DNA of 64,000 bases from an uncultured Flavobacteriales bacterium (GTDB taxonomy: Bacteria; Bacteroidota; Bacteroidia; Flavobacteriales; BACL11): assembly GCA_905181635.1 (NCBI GenBank), contig CAJIYM010000005.1, positions 13,568-77,567 of the forward strand, given 5' to 3'. The first letter of the stretch is position 1. Each line of letters starts with the position of its first letter. Below the pieces are notes generated by a model that did not search any database, had not been told where the DNA came from, and was given only the letters and a program-made list of their open reading frames with translations. Positions 19,632-29,795 of this stretch are shown one piece after another. Both the position numbers and the translations under genes were made by a program.

Positions 19632-19970
19632 TTATTTTTTCAATAATCGTTCAATCTCCTCAGAATAGGCGGCTGAATCATCTAAATGAAATTGAAGCGT
19701 TGGCACAATACGTAATTGATTCCTTACACTTTCGCCAAGTTTTTTACGGATCATTACTGTATTGCTTTTAATTACTTTTAGTGCTGCTTCTGGATCATCA
19801 ACAGGAAAAATACTTAGAAAAATATTAGCATCTGCCAGATCAGGAGAAATACGAACTATAGTTAAACTTACCATTATATTACCTAAAAATTCTTGTGTGT
19901 TCTGCTGAAAAATTACAGAAAGTTCTTTCTGAATTAAACGCGATACCTTTTTTTGTCTTGTTGATTCCAT
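19632..19970 (-). CDS. rbfA: 30S ribosome-binding factor RbfA
   Basis: MESTRQKKVSRLIQKELS... is a typical RbfA start. The track extension to 20057 would overlap the divergent ABC gene. Confidence 0.85.
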   Translation of the reverse strand: MESTRQKKVSRLIQKELSVIFQQNTQEFLGNIMVSLTIVRISPDLADANIFLSIFPVDDPEAALKVIKSNTVMIRKKLGESVRNQLRIVPTLQFHLDDSAAYSEEIERLLKK

Positions 19971-19975
19971 AAGTG

Positions 19976-19983
19976 CAAAAATA
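19976..19983 (-). promoter_or_regulatory. Bacteroidota -7 promoter box TATTTTTG, 5 nt upstream of rbfA ATG
   Basis: Exact TAnnTTTG match on the - strand. Confidence 0.45.
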
Positions 19984-20008
19984 GGGAATCCTTTCTTATC
20001 TTTACCAA

Positions 20009-21831
20009 ATGGAATATTTCTTACGAATATTAAAATACATAAAGCCTTACTTGCCATTTGCTATAATGAATATTCTTTTCAATGTATTAAGTGTTTTATT
20101 TTCTTTATTTTCCTTAACAATGGTTGTCCCATTCTTAGGAATACTTTTTGAAACTCAAGAAAAGGTATATAATCCACCACCATTAAGCCTTAACACGACT
20201 GCATTAAAAGAAAACTTTTACGCTATTATAAGCTCCATTGTTGACGAAAAAGGAAAAGTAGAGGCCTTATTTTTCATTTGTATTTTAGTGTTAGTTACCT
20301 TCTTTTTTAGAAATCTATTTCGTTATTTATCACTTTATTCTCTAACACCTGTTCGCAATGGAGTTGTCCATGATATGCGCATGGACTTACATAAAAAAGT
20401 AATATCCTTGCCACTTCCTTTCTTTAATGAAAAGAGAAAAGGAGATATTACGGCTCGTATGACTTCTGATCTTGTGGAGATAGAATGGTCAATCATGAGT
20501 TCCTTGGAAATGTTATTTAAGGATCCTTTAAATATAATTCTCTACTTAGCAACATTAATAGTTATAAGCCCACAGCTCACTATATTTGTAGTCATCCTAT
20601 TTCCTGTTACAGGAATTATTATTGGACTGATAGGTAGATCACTTAAAGAATCATCCGACATAGGACAAAAAAAAATGGGGGATTTACTGTCTATTATTGA
20701 TGAAAATATTTCTGGATTACGAATCATAAAAGCATTTAACGCTGAAGCTCATATCAATAGAAACTTTGAAAAAGATAGTTTTGAATATAAAAGTATCATG
20801 ACAAAATTATTAAGAAAAAAAGACCTTTCCTCCCCTATGAGCGAGTTTTTGAGTACCATTGTTATGGTTATTGTTATGTGGTTTGGTGGTCAGCTAGTAT
20901 TAAGTAATAATAGCGTATTAACCGCTCAAGAGTTTATTGGCTATATTCTTATCTTTTCTCAAATTATCCCACCTGCCAAATCCTTAACTACTTCTTATTA
21001 TCATATACAGAAAGGAAGTGCCTCTGCACAAAGGGTCTATGAAATACTAGATGCTGAAAATGAAATTATTGAAGCTGAAAATCCAAAACAAATTAAACTC
21101 CTCAATAACCAAATTGAATTTAAAAAGCATTACCTTTTCTTACGAGAAGCAAGAAGTACTAAAGGATATTAATTTTTCCATTGGCAAAGGAAAAATGGTT
21201 GCTTTAGTTGGAGCAATCAGGAAGTGGTAAATCCACTTTAGCGGATTTATTAGCCCGATTTTACGATATTAATAAAGGCGAAATCCTTATTGACAACAAC
21301 AATATAAAAGAAATTGCTTTGTACGATTTACGTGCATTAATGGGAATCGTAAGTCAAGACTCGATTTTGTTTAACGATACTATTTTTAACAATATTCGTT
21401 TAGGAAATGTTAATGCTAGCGAACAAGAAGTAATCGAAGCGGCCAAGATTGCAAATGCACATGAATTTATTAAAGCTACAGAAAATGGGTACAACACCAA
21501 TATTGGCGATAGCGGGAATAAACTTTCTGGAGGACAAAAACAAAGATTAAGTATTGCTAGAGCGATCCTAAAAAACCCTGAGATATTAATTCTAGATGAA
21601 GCTACTTCTTCCTTAGATACGGAGTCGGAACGCTTAGTACAGGATGCTTTAAATAAATTGATGCATTCGCGGACATCACTAGTAATTGCGCATAGGCTAT
21701 CTACTATACAAAATGCGGATGAGATTCTAGTTTTAGAAAAAGGCTGTATTATTGAAAGAGGAACACATCAAGATTTGATTACTCAAAACGGACACTATAA
21801 AAAGCTTTCTGACTTGCAGAGTTTTGCTTAG
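20009..21831 (+). pseudogene. ABC transporter ATP-binding/permease (MsbA-like exporter) disrupted by two +1 frameshifts
   Basis: The TMD ORF (20009-21172) and NBD ORF (21208-21831: GSGKST, LSGGQKQR, ILILDEATSSLD) are joined by a third-frame segment reading KSITFSYEKQEVLKDINFSIGKGKMVALVG. The shifts are at the A5 run 21122-21126 and near 21212. Confidence 0.85.
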
Positions 21832-22997
21832 TACAAGAAATTATTGTAAGGATACCTCACTTCATGTAATTGTTTAATTTTAGCATAAAGCAAGTCCTTT
21901 AGCTCAATAAAATGAGTTTTATTTAAGGCTGAAATAAATATACTTTCATCATCTAACTTTGCCATCCAAGTTTTTTTCAACTCTTCCAATGAAATATTTT
22001 CAGGAAGTATTGGGGTTAAATCATCTTCCTCTTTTGGAGTGAAAGTATAAGCATCAATTTTATTGAATACTATTAAAATAGGTTTGTCCGTTACCCCAAG
22101 TTCAATAATAGTTTTGTTTACTATTTCTATTTGTTCTTCAAATTTAGGATTTGAAATATCTACAACATGCAATAATAAGTCTGATTCGCGCACTTCATCT
22201 AAAGTTGACTTAAAGCTTTCCACCAACTGATGAGGTAATTTGCGAATAAAGCCGACAGTATCAGTTAATAAAAAAGGTAAATTGCCAATTACTACCTTGC
22301 GTACAGTAGTGTCCAAAGTAGCAAATAATTTATTTTCCGCAAAAATATCTGACTTTGCTAAGGTGTTCATTAAGGTTGATTTTCCTGTATTGGTATACCC
22401 AACTAATGCAACTCTTATCATATCTTGTCTACCTTTCCTACGCGTAAAACTTTGCTTATCAATTTTCTCTAACTTCTTTTTTAGTAGCGCAATTTTATCT
22501 TTAATAATCCTTCTATCGGTTTCAATTTGTGTTTCCCCAGGTCCTCTCATTCCAATACCCCCTTTTTGTCGTTCAAGGTGAGTCCACATTCTTGTAAGTC
22601 TTGGTAATAAATATTGATATTGTGCCAACTCAACTTGCGTACGGGCTTGTGCAGTTTGCGCTCTACTTGCAAAAATATCTAATATCAGATTACTTCTGTC
22701 TAGAACTTTGGTGTCCTCTCCAAAAATTTTCTCAATATTTCTTATTTGTGAAGGGCTTAAATCATCATCAAAAATAATTAGCTTTATTTCATTTTCTTCT
22801 GCATAAAGTCGCACCTCCTCAATTTTCCCTTTACCTAAAAATGTTTTATTATCTGGATGAGGTAATTTTTGTGTAAAATTTCTAACTGGTTTTGCCCCTG
22901 CAGTATCAGCTAAGAAAGCGAGCTCATCCAAATATTCGTATGCTTGATCTTTCGTGACATCAGGAGTAATTAAACCAATTAATACGGCTTTTTCCAT
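21828..22997 (-). CDS. hflX: GTPase HflX
   Basis: G1 GYTNTGKST, G3 DTVGF and G4 NKID, with an HflX-type N-terminal domain. Confidence 0.93.
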   Translation of the reverse strand: MEKAVLIGLITPDVTKDQAYEYLDELAFLADTAGAKPVRNFTQKLPHPDNKTFLGKGKIEEVRLYAEENEIKLIIFDDDLSPSQIRNIEKIFGEDTKVLDRSNLILDIFASRAQTAQARTQVELAQYQYLLPRLTRMWTHLERQKGGIGMRGPGETQIETDRRIIKDKIALLKKKLEKIDKQSFTRRKGRQDMIRVALVGYTNTGKSTLMNTLAKSDIFAENKLFATLDTTVRKVVIGNLPFLLTDTVGFIRKLPHQLVESFKSTLDEVRESDLLLHVVDISNPKFEEQIEIVNKTIIELGVTDKPILIVFNKIDAYTFTPKEEDDLTPILPENISLEELKKTWMAKLDDESIFISALNKTHFIELKDLLYAKIKQLHEVRYPYNNFLY

Positions 22998-23026
22998 TTA
23001 AATATATAAAGTAAGTGATTGAATAA

Positions 23027-23404
23027 CTATAACGCTTTCTTTCTATTTTCTATAAAACTTCTAATAAACGCAATGAAAGCAATGAAAGAACTTAAACTCA
23101 TTGCTAAAACACGAAATAGTCCAACACCTCCTTGATCTATAGATATAGGTAGTCTTTTCCCGACAAGAGCAATTAGAACTAATAGTGTTAATACAACAGC
23201 GACATGAGCAATAGCTTTGTTACTATTCTGAATTCCTTTATTACACAATAATAAAATAATTCCAAATAAAACAGTAATCAATGCAGTCCAATGTTCAAAT
23301 GAGACAATTGTAGCTAATTTATAATTACTAACATCAATATAACCCCATAAACCTAGTAAAATTAAAGTTAATGCGTTAATTAAATTCATTTTTTGTGCAG
23401 TCAT
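23027..23404 (-). CDS. hypothetical 4-TM membrane protein
   Basis: 125-aa hydrophobic ORF. No family recognised. Confidence 0.4.
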   Translation of the reverse strand: MTAQKMNLINALTLILLGLWGYIDVSNYKLATIVSFEHWTALITVLFGIILLLCNKGIQNSNKAIAHVAVVLTLLVLIALVGKRLPISIDQGGVGLFRVLAMSLSSFIAFIAFIRSFIENRKKAL

Positions 23405-23487
23405 ATAAAAATATTTTTATTGACAAATAAACAAATAAATTTCAAGTTAATTTACTAATTTCACGGCTTTATTATTATCCCTTTCAA

Positions 23488-26475
23488 ATGAGATTACGAT
23501 TTACTTTACTTTTTTCAATCCTAAGTTTTTATACCATTTCTGGTCAAGAAACTTTTACTGTTAATGGAGTTGTACAGAATTTTAAACCTATTCATGTATT
23601 TACCAATGCTCATATTATTTTAAGTCCTACTAGTGAAATAGAAAACGGAACACTCATTATTAAAGGGGATAAAATCATTACAGTAGATACTAGTTTGAAC
23701 ATCCCAAGTGGAGCGATTATTCATGATTTAAAAGGCGATTATATCTACCCTTCATTTATTGAATTATATTCAGATTATGGTTTGCAAAAAGCTAAAAAAG
23801 GGCAATACAGTTATCGTCCACAGTACGAAAGTAGTAAGACTGGTGCTTACCACTGGAATGAAGCCATTCACCCTGAAATAGACGCAAGCAGAGAGTTTGT
23901 TACTGATAAAGAATCAGCTACTGCTTACCTTAAAAATGGTTTTGGAGCAGTGCTTTCTCATGTGCAAGATGGCATATTAAGAGGTACTGGATCTTTAGTG
24001 CTACTTTCAGAAAAAAGCGAACATGAAAATATAATTCTGCCAAAAGCAGCAAATTATTTTTCCTTTAAAAAAGGAGTATCAAAACAAAAAAATCCTTCTT
24101 CCTTAATGGGAAGTATTGCCTTAATAAGACAAACATTTTTGGATGCTGAATGGTATTCTGCACAGGATAACCAAACTAATCTTTCCTATGCTGCAGTAAA
24201 TAATAACCAAGAATTGCCTAATATTTTTGCAGTAAATGATGAGTTAGATTATAGTCGAGTGTACAAAATTGCAAATGAGTTTGAAATTGATTTTATCATA
24301 AAAGGAAATGGAAAGGAATACAGTAGAATTGATGAAGTAGCTGCTACTAAATTTCCAATAATTATTCCGCTTAATTTTCCTAATTCCTATGATGTAGATA
24401 ACCCTGAAACAGCAGAATGGATTAGCTTACACAAGCTAAAGGATTGGGAAACTGCTCCTTTCAACCCTAGCATACTTGCCCAAAATGAAGTTGATTTTTG
24501 TATTACTTCTTCTGGATTAAATAAGGAAAATAATTTTATAACTAATTTACGACTAGCAGTTAAAAAAGGACTTAGCAAACAAGATGCACTTGCTGCACTT
24601 ACTACTACTCCCGCACAGCTTATTGCAATGGATCATAAAATTGGGATTTTAGAAAGTGGATATTTAGCCAATTTCTTTATTACCTCTAAAGATATTTTTG
24701 AGAATGGTGAAATTTATGAAAACTGGACCGCTGGAGAAAAACACATTATTACTAAGAAACAAGAAATTGATATAAGAGGATATTACACTTTAAATAATAA
24801 AGAATTTGAAAATAAATTAGTTGCCATTAATGGAAGTATGGAGAAACCAAAAGCAACTATTTTTGCATTAGATTCCCTTACGCTCAAAACAACTTTAGAG
24901 GGTAGGAATATTAATATCAGCACTAAAAATGGTGCATTTAGAGCTTTTGCTAAATTCCATAATGGGAATATTCAAGGTAAATATCAAGATAGTACAGGGA
25001 TTTATCACTCCTTTAAGCTGCAAAGAGATTCTCTTTTTAAAGAGACTAAAAAAACTTTTACTTTAACAATTGATAGTTTAATTCCTTCAGTTTGGTTACC
25101 TAATAAAGCGCACGGATTTAAAATTATACCCAAAACTGAAAATATCATCTTTAGAAACGCAACAATATGGACAAATGAGCAAGAAGGAATATTGGAAAAT
25201 ACAGATATTGCCATTTCAAATGGAATGATTATTGCCCTTGGGAAAGATTTGGATGAATTAATAGTATTCCCTGAGACCGTAAAGATTACACAAATTAATG
25301 CTACTGGTAAACATCTTACTAGTGGGATAATTGACGAACACTCCCATATTGCGATCAGTAGAGGGGTAAATGAAGGAAGCCAGGCAGTAAGTGCTGAAGT
25401 GAGAATTGGAGATGTCATCAACCCCAATGATCATAATATCTACCGTCAACTTTCAGGAGGTACAGTTGCCTCACAGCTTCTGCACGGTTCGGCAAACCCA
25501 ATCGGAGGCCAATCTGCTATGATTAAATTAAGATGGGGAAGTAATGCAGAAGAGATGAAAATCAAGAATGCAGATGGTTTTATAAAATTTGCCTTAGGAG
25601 AAAATGTGAAGCAAAGTAATTGGGGAAATTTTGAACGCACCCGTTTTCCACAAACTCGTATGGGAGTAGAACAAGTGTTTTATGATGCTTTTTACCGAGC
25701 AAAAAATTACCAAAAACAATGGCGGGATTTTAATGCACTTATTAAAGAAGAAAAAGTAAAAGCAATTCCTCCAAGAGAAGATTTAGAGCTTAATGCTTTG
25801 GTTGAAATCCTAAATTCCGAACTCTTTATTACTTGTCACTCCTACATTCAATCCGAAATAAATATGCTTATGCATGTTGGTGATTCTATGGGCTTTACTA
25901 TTAATACTTTTACACATATTTTGGAAGGTTATAAAGTGGCAGAGAAAATGAAAAAACATGGTGCAGGCGGTTCAACCTTTTCTGATTGGTGGGCCTATAA
26001 ATTTGAAGTAAATGATGCCATTCCTTATAATGCAACACTTCTTAATAATGCAGGGGTTATTACTGCTATTAATTCTGATGATGCAGAGATGGGAAGAAGA
26101 TTAAACCAAGAAGCTGCAAAGGCCGTAAAATATGGAGGGACTTCAGAAGAAGATGCATGGAAGATGGTAACTTTAAATCCTGCTAAATTATTGCATATTG
26201 ATGATAAGATGGGTAGTATCAAAATTGGAAAAGATGCCGATATTGTACTTTGGACGGACAATCCGCTTTCTATTTATGCCAAAGTAATACAAACTTATGT
26301 GGATGGCAAGCTCCTTTTTGATGTTGAAGTTGACAAAAAATTACGAGAAAGAGACCGATTAGAACGCATGCGCATCATACAGAAAATGAGTGAAGATGCA
26401 ACTGGAGGTAAAAAACAAAAACCCGAACCTATTTCTGAAAAATTATACCATTGTGATACTGAATATGATGAATAA
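23488..26475 (+). CDS. amidohydrolase family protein, large (995 aa), secreted
   Basis: Signal peptide plus metal-dependent hydrolase motifs (...GIIDEHSHIA..., ...INSDDAE..., ...GKDADIVLW...). Confidence 0.8.
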   Translation: MRLRFTLLFSILSFYTISGQETFTVNGVVQNFKPIHVFTNAHIILSPTSEIENGTLIIKGDKIITVDTSLNIPSGAIIHDLKGDYIYPSFIELYSDYGLQKAKKGQYSYRPQYESSKTGAYHWNEAIHPEIDASREFVTDKESATAYLKNGFGAVLSHVQDGILRGTGSLVLLSEKSEHENIILPKAANYFSFKKGVSKQKNPSSLMGSIALIRQTFLDAEWYSAQDNQTNLSYAAVNNNQELPNIFAVNDELDYSRVYKIANEFEIDFIIKGNGKEYSRIDEVAATKFPIIIPLNFPNSYDVDNPETAEWISLHKLKDWETAPFNPSILAQNEVDFCITSSGLNKENNFITNLRLAVKKGLSKQDALAALTTTPAQLIAMDHKIGILESGYLANFFITSKDIFENGEIYENWTAGEKHIITKKQEIDIRGYYTLNNKEFENKLVAINGSMEKPKATIFALDSLTLKTTLEGRNINISTKNGAFRAFAKFHNGNIQGKYQDSTGIYHSFKLQRDSLFKETKKTFTLTIDSLIPSVWLPNKAHGFKIIPKTENIIFRNATIWTNEQEGILENTDIAISNGMIIALGKDLDELIVFPETVKITQINATGKHLTSGIIDEHSHIAISRGVNEGSQAVSAEVRIGDVINPNDHNIYRQLSGGTVASQLLHGSANPIGGQSAMIKLRWGSNAEEMKIKNADGFIKFALGENVKQSNWGNFERTRFPQTRMGVEQVFYDAFYRAKNYQKQWRDFNALIKEEKVKAIPPREDLELNALVEILNSELFITCHSYIQSEINMLMHVGDSMGFTINTFTHILEGYKVAEKMKKHGAGGSTFSDWWAYKFEVNDAIPYNATLLNNAGVITAINSDDAEMGRRLNQEAAKAVKYGGTSEEDAWKMVTLNPAKLLHIDDKMGSIKIGKDADIVLWTDNPLSIYAKVIQTYVDGKLLFDVEVDKKLRERDRLERMRIIQKMSEDATGGKKQKPEPISEKLYHCDTEYDE

Positions 26476-27733
26476 AAAATACTTAAATCTTCTTTTAACA
26501 CTATTTATTACAATAGCTGTACAAGCACAGAAACCTACCCTATTTATGGGGGCAACTGCCCATTTAGGAAATGGGACAAAAATTGAAAATGCTGCTATTA
26601 GTATGTTAAATGGTAAAATTGATATGGTTGCTGACGCAACAAGGATCCGTATTGATCCAAGTGCTTTTGATACAATTTATCGTGTACATGGAAAGCATCT
26701 TTATCCTGCATTTATTGTCCCTAACACAACTTTAGGAATTACTGAAATTGATGCTGTTCGTGCCTCAAATGATTACAGAGAAACAGGATCAATAAATCCT
26801 AATGTCCGTACACTTATTGCCTATAATACTGACTCTAAAATAGCCAAAACAGTAAGAAGTAATGGTGTATTCATTGCTCAAGTAACTCCAAGAGGAGGGA
26901 CAATCTCTGGGCAATCTTCAGTAATGCATTTAGCAGGTTGGAATTGGGAAGATGCCGCTTTAAGAATAGATGATGGAATACACTTGAATTGGCCTTCATC
27001 CTACTACCAAAGTGGTTGGTGGGCAGAACCTGGATCTACTAAAGTAAATAAGAAATACAACGAGAGTATTACTACATTAAAAAGATTTTTCAAAAAAGCA
27101 AATTCTTATGCTAAATCATCTAGTTTAATGGACTTAAGAATGGAAAGCATGAAGGGATTATTTAACGGAAATAAGACACTTTATATACATGCAAATAATG
27201 CAAGCGATATGTTGGATGCCATTTCATTTACGAATGAATTTTCTACTAGTAAAACAGTAATTGTAGGAGCAGAAGATGCACTCAAAATTGTGGATGAATT
27301 GAAAGAAAATAACATATCACTTATCCTTAATAGAGTGCATAGGCTCCCAAGCAAAGTGGGCAGCCCAGTGGATGAGCCATTTAGGCAAGCCGCAAAATTA
27401 CAAGAAGCTGGAATTTTATTCTGCTTAAGTTATGAAGGAGAGATGGAGGCGATGGGAGCTAGAAACCTTCCTTTTAGTGCAGGAACTGCTGTAGCCCATG
27501 GATTAGAATATGAAAAGGCAATTAGTAGTATTACTTTAAATACTGCCCAAATTCTTGGCATAGATCGGCACTGTGGCTCTATTGAAAAAGGAAAGGATGC
27601 TACTTTCTTTATCAGTAGCGGTGATGCTTTAGATATGCGTACAAATAATGTTGAAATAGCTTATATAAAAGGAGTTGAAGTTGATTTAAATAACCACCAA
27701 AAGGAGCTTTTTGACAAATACAAAAACCGATAA
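26465..27733 (+). CDS. amidohydrolase family protein (second, 422 aa), secreted
   Basis: MMNKKYL... signal peptide and a C-terminal ...GSIEKGKDATFFI... motif. The start overlaps the upstream stop by 11 nt. The track start at 26390 lies inside the upstream gene. Confidence 0.78.
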   Translation: MMNKKYLNLLLTLFITIAVQAQKPTLFMGATAHLGNGTKIENAAISMLNGKIDMVADATRIRIDPSAFDTIYRVHGKHLYPAFIVPNTTLGITEIDAVRASNDYRETGSINPNVRTLIAYNTDSKIAKTVRSNGVFIAQVTPRGGTISGQSSVMHLAGWNWEDAALRIDDGIHLNWPSSYYQSGWWAEPGSTKVNKKYNESITTLKRFFKKANSYAKSSSLMDLRMESMKGLFNGNKTLYIHANNASDMLDAISFTNEFSTSKTVIVGAEDALKIVDELKENNISLILNRVHRLPSKVGSPVDEPFRQAAKLQEAGILFCLSYEGEMEAMGARNLPFSAGTAVAHGLEYEKAISSITLNTAQILGIDRHCGSIEKGKDATFFISSGDALDMRTNNVEIAYIKGVEVDLNNHQKELFDKYKNR

Positions 27734-27767
27734 TTTATTTTTCCTATATTTGGGAAAATTAATTATC

Positions 27768-28346
27768 GTGAAAAAAATACTACTTGTACTTACGCTTACT
27801 GCTTTAATTTTTGCTTGTAAAAAGGAAGATGATAAACCAAATACTAACACAACCTCTACTAATACAGTTGAGGGATGTACAGATACGATTGCTATAAACT
27901 TTCTTGCAACAGCAACTATTGATGACGGATCATGTGAGTATCCTCCTTCTGCGTTAAAATTATCTATTATTACAGTTAATTCAATGCCTATGACTAACAA
28001 TGGTTCTGATTGGGATATTGGGATATTGGGATCAGAAAATCCAGATGTTTTTTATGTTCTAAAAGAAGGAGATGGGGATATTGTTTCATCAAGTTCTAAA
28101 GATAATATTGCTACATTTCCAATATTATTTACTGAAAACCTACCTTACACAATAAATACTCTATCAAAAGAATATACTATAGAGATTTATGATAACGATG
28201 AGATTCTTGGTGTAGGAGAAAATGAATTTATTGGTTCTTGCAGTTTTACTCCAAACGAGCTTATTACAACACTTAGTATAAATGATGAGCTTAATATTAT
28301 AAATAATGGAGTAGATATGACTTTAGATATAGAATGGCTTCAATAA
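27768..28346 (+). CDS. hypothetical lipoprotein with a short two-Cys module and a C2-like acidic beta-domain
   Basis: A GTG start gives VKKILLVLTLTALIFAC (lipobox). It is followed by GCTDTIAINFLATATIDDGSCEY and then ...NPDVFYVLKEG...IEIYDNDEILGVGENEFIG.... Confidence 0.45.
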   Translation: MKKILLVLTLTALIFACKKEDDKPNTNTTSTNTVEGCTDTIAINFLATATIDDGSCEYPPSALKLSIITVNSMPMTNNGSDWDIGILGSENPDVFYVLKEGDGDIVSSSSKDNIATFPILFTENLPYTINTLSKEYTIEIYDNDEILGVGENEFIGSCSFTPNELITTLSINDELNIINNGVDMTLDIEWLQ

Positions 28347-28351
28347 GATAA

Positions 28352-28774
28352 TTATTTTTCCCAAATCAATTTCTTACCAAAACCCAATTTATTGTGGGTC
28401 ATTTTTATAAAATTGAGTGGCATAGCCCAAAGATGTATATCCATATTTTCAGCATAAGGAAAGGCTTTTAAGTATTGCTCTTTCGCAATTTTTAAGCACT
28501 CGCCTTCTAATTCTTTTATAGTTCCTATTAATTGAACGCCTTGAATTTTGCTAATCTCTCTAGTTTCTAAAGCAATACTTCCAGCCACATTAGTATTCGT
28601 AATAAAATCTTGAGCATGCTTAGTTTTTGTCTCAGTAGAAAAAATAAGCTGATTACTTACTTGATCATATACATAAAAAAGATTGCAGCAATAAGGTTTA
28701 TTATTTTGGCTAGTTGCCAAAGTGAGTAAATGATGTTCATTTAAAAAATGAACAATTTGCTGATCAACCTGCAT
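28352..28774 (-). CDS. pyridoxamine 5'-phosphate oxidase-family (YhbP-like) protein
   Basis: 140 aa. ...HHLLTLATSQNNKPYCCNLFYVY... resembles the PNPOx-like split-barrel family. Confidence 0.55.
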   Translation of the reverse strand: MQVDQQIVHFLNEHHLLTLATSQNNKPYCCNLFYVYDQVSNQLIFSTETKTKHAQDFITNTNVAGSIALETREISKIQGVQLIGTIKELEGECLKIAKEQYLKAFPYAENMDIHLWAMPLNFIKMTHNKLGFGKKLIWEK

Positions 28775-28776
28775 TA

Positions 28777-29745
28777 TTAATAGCCTATATTTTTCCTAAC
28801 TCTTGCAAGCACTTCTTTAGCGATGACTCTTGCCTTGACTGCTCCCTTCTCTAATTCTTCATCAATTATAGCTTTGTTTTCCATCAACTGATTAAATTTT
28901 TCTCTCTCTAATGAATAGGTCTCACAAATCAATTCAAAAAGCTCTTGCTTAGCATGTCCATAGCCATAATTTCCAGTAGCATATTTCTCAAATAAAGCAG
29001 TTGCTTGTTCTTCTGTAGAAAGCAATTTGTATATTTTATAAATATTACAAACCTCAGCATCCTTCTTATCCTGCATAGGAGTAGAGTCGGTTTTAATTCC
29101 CATTATTTGCTTTCTGAGTTTTTTATCCGGAAGAAAAATATCAATAAAATTATTATAGGATTTACTCATTTTTTTTCCATCAGTTCCTGGTACAATCATC
29201 ACTCTTTCATCTACTTTAGTTTCTGGCAAAACAAAGGAATTAGGGTATTTATGATTAAACCTAGAAGCTATGTCTCTGGTGATTTCTAGATGCTGAACTT
29301 GATCCTTTCCAACAGGAACAATATTTGCATCATACAATAAAATATCAGCTGCCATAAGAACAGGATAGATAAACAAGCCTGTATTTACCTCAGAAAGTTT
29401 ATCTGATTTATCTTTAAAAGAATGAGCTAATTGAAGTCTTTGGAAAGGAGAAAAACAGTTTAAATACCAAGTTAATTCACATACTTGAGTTACATCTGAT
29501 TGTCTATAAAAAATATTTCTTTCAGTATCAAAACCAAAAGCCAGCCAAGCCGCTGCAGTCGCATAAGTATTTTCCCTCAACTGTTCTGCATCACGAATAG
29601 TCGTAAAAGAGTGTAAATCAGCTATAAAAAATAAGCTTTCATTTTTCTTATTTTTGGACAGTTCAATAGCCGGAATTATGGCTCCTAATAAATTTCCTAG
29701 ATGTGGCGTACCTGTGCTTTGTATTCCTGTTAATATTCTTGCCAT
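28777..29745 (-). CDS. trpS: tryptophan--tRNA ligase
   Basis: 322 aa with the GTPHLGNLLG and KMSKS motifs. Confidence 0.95.
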   Translation of the reverse strand: MARILTGIQSTGTPHLGNLLGAIIPAIELSKNKKNESLFFIADLHSFTTIRDAEQLRENTYATAAAWLAFGFDTERNIFYRQSDVTQVCELTWYLNCFSPFQRLQLAHSFKDKSDKLSEVNTGLFIYPVLMAADILLYDANIVPVGKDQVQHLEITRDIASRFNHKYPNSFVLPETKVDERVMIVPGTDGKKMSKSYNNFIDIFLPDKKLRKQIMGIKTDSTPMQDKKDAEVCNIYKIYKLLSTEEQATALFEKYATGNYGYGHAKQELFELICETYSLEREKFNQLMENKAIIDEELEKGAVKARVIAKEVLARVRKNIGY

Positions 29746-29783
29746 TCTATTTTAAAATTTTGATTTTGTAAAAATAGGATTTT

Positions 29784-29791
29784 TATCTTTG
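29784..29791 (+). promoter_or_regulatory. Bacteroidota -7 promoter box TATCTTTG, 4 nt upstream of plsC ATG
   Basis: Exact TAnnTTTG match. Confidence 0.45.
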
Positions 29792-29795
29792 CAAT

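Noticed and set aside
26390-26464. N-terminal extensions proposed by the longest-ORF track. These are at 26390 (amidohydrolase 2), 27711 (lipoprotein), 6891 (rfaE2-like), 17419 (dusB), 20057 (rbfA), 51506 (tadA), 44165 (porP/sprF), 33576 (esterase) and 11771 (hmgA).
   Set aside because: The extensions overlap the upstream gene or a promoter box. They also precede an obvious signal peptide or the conserved family N-terminus, so I preferred the internal starts given in the features.
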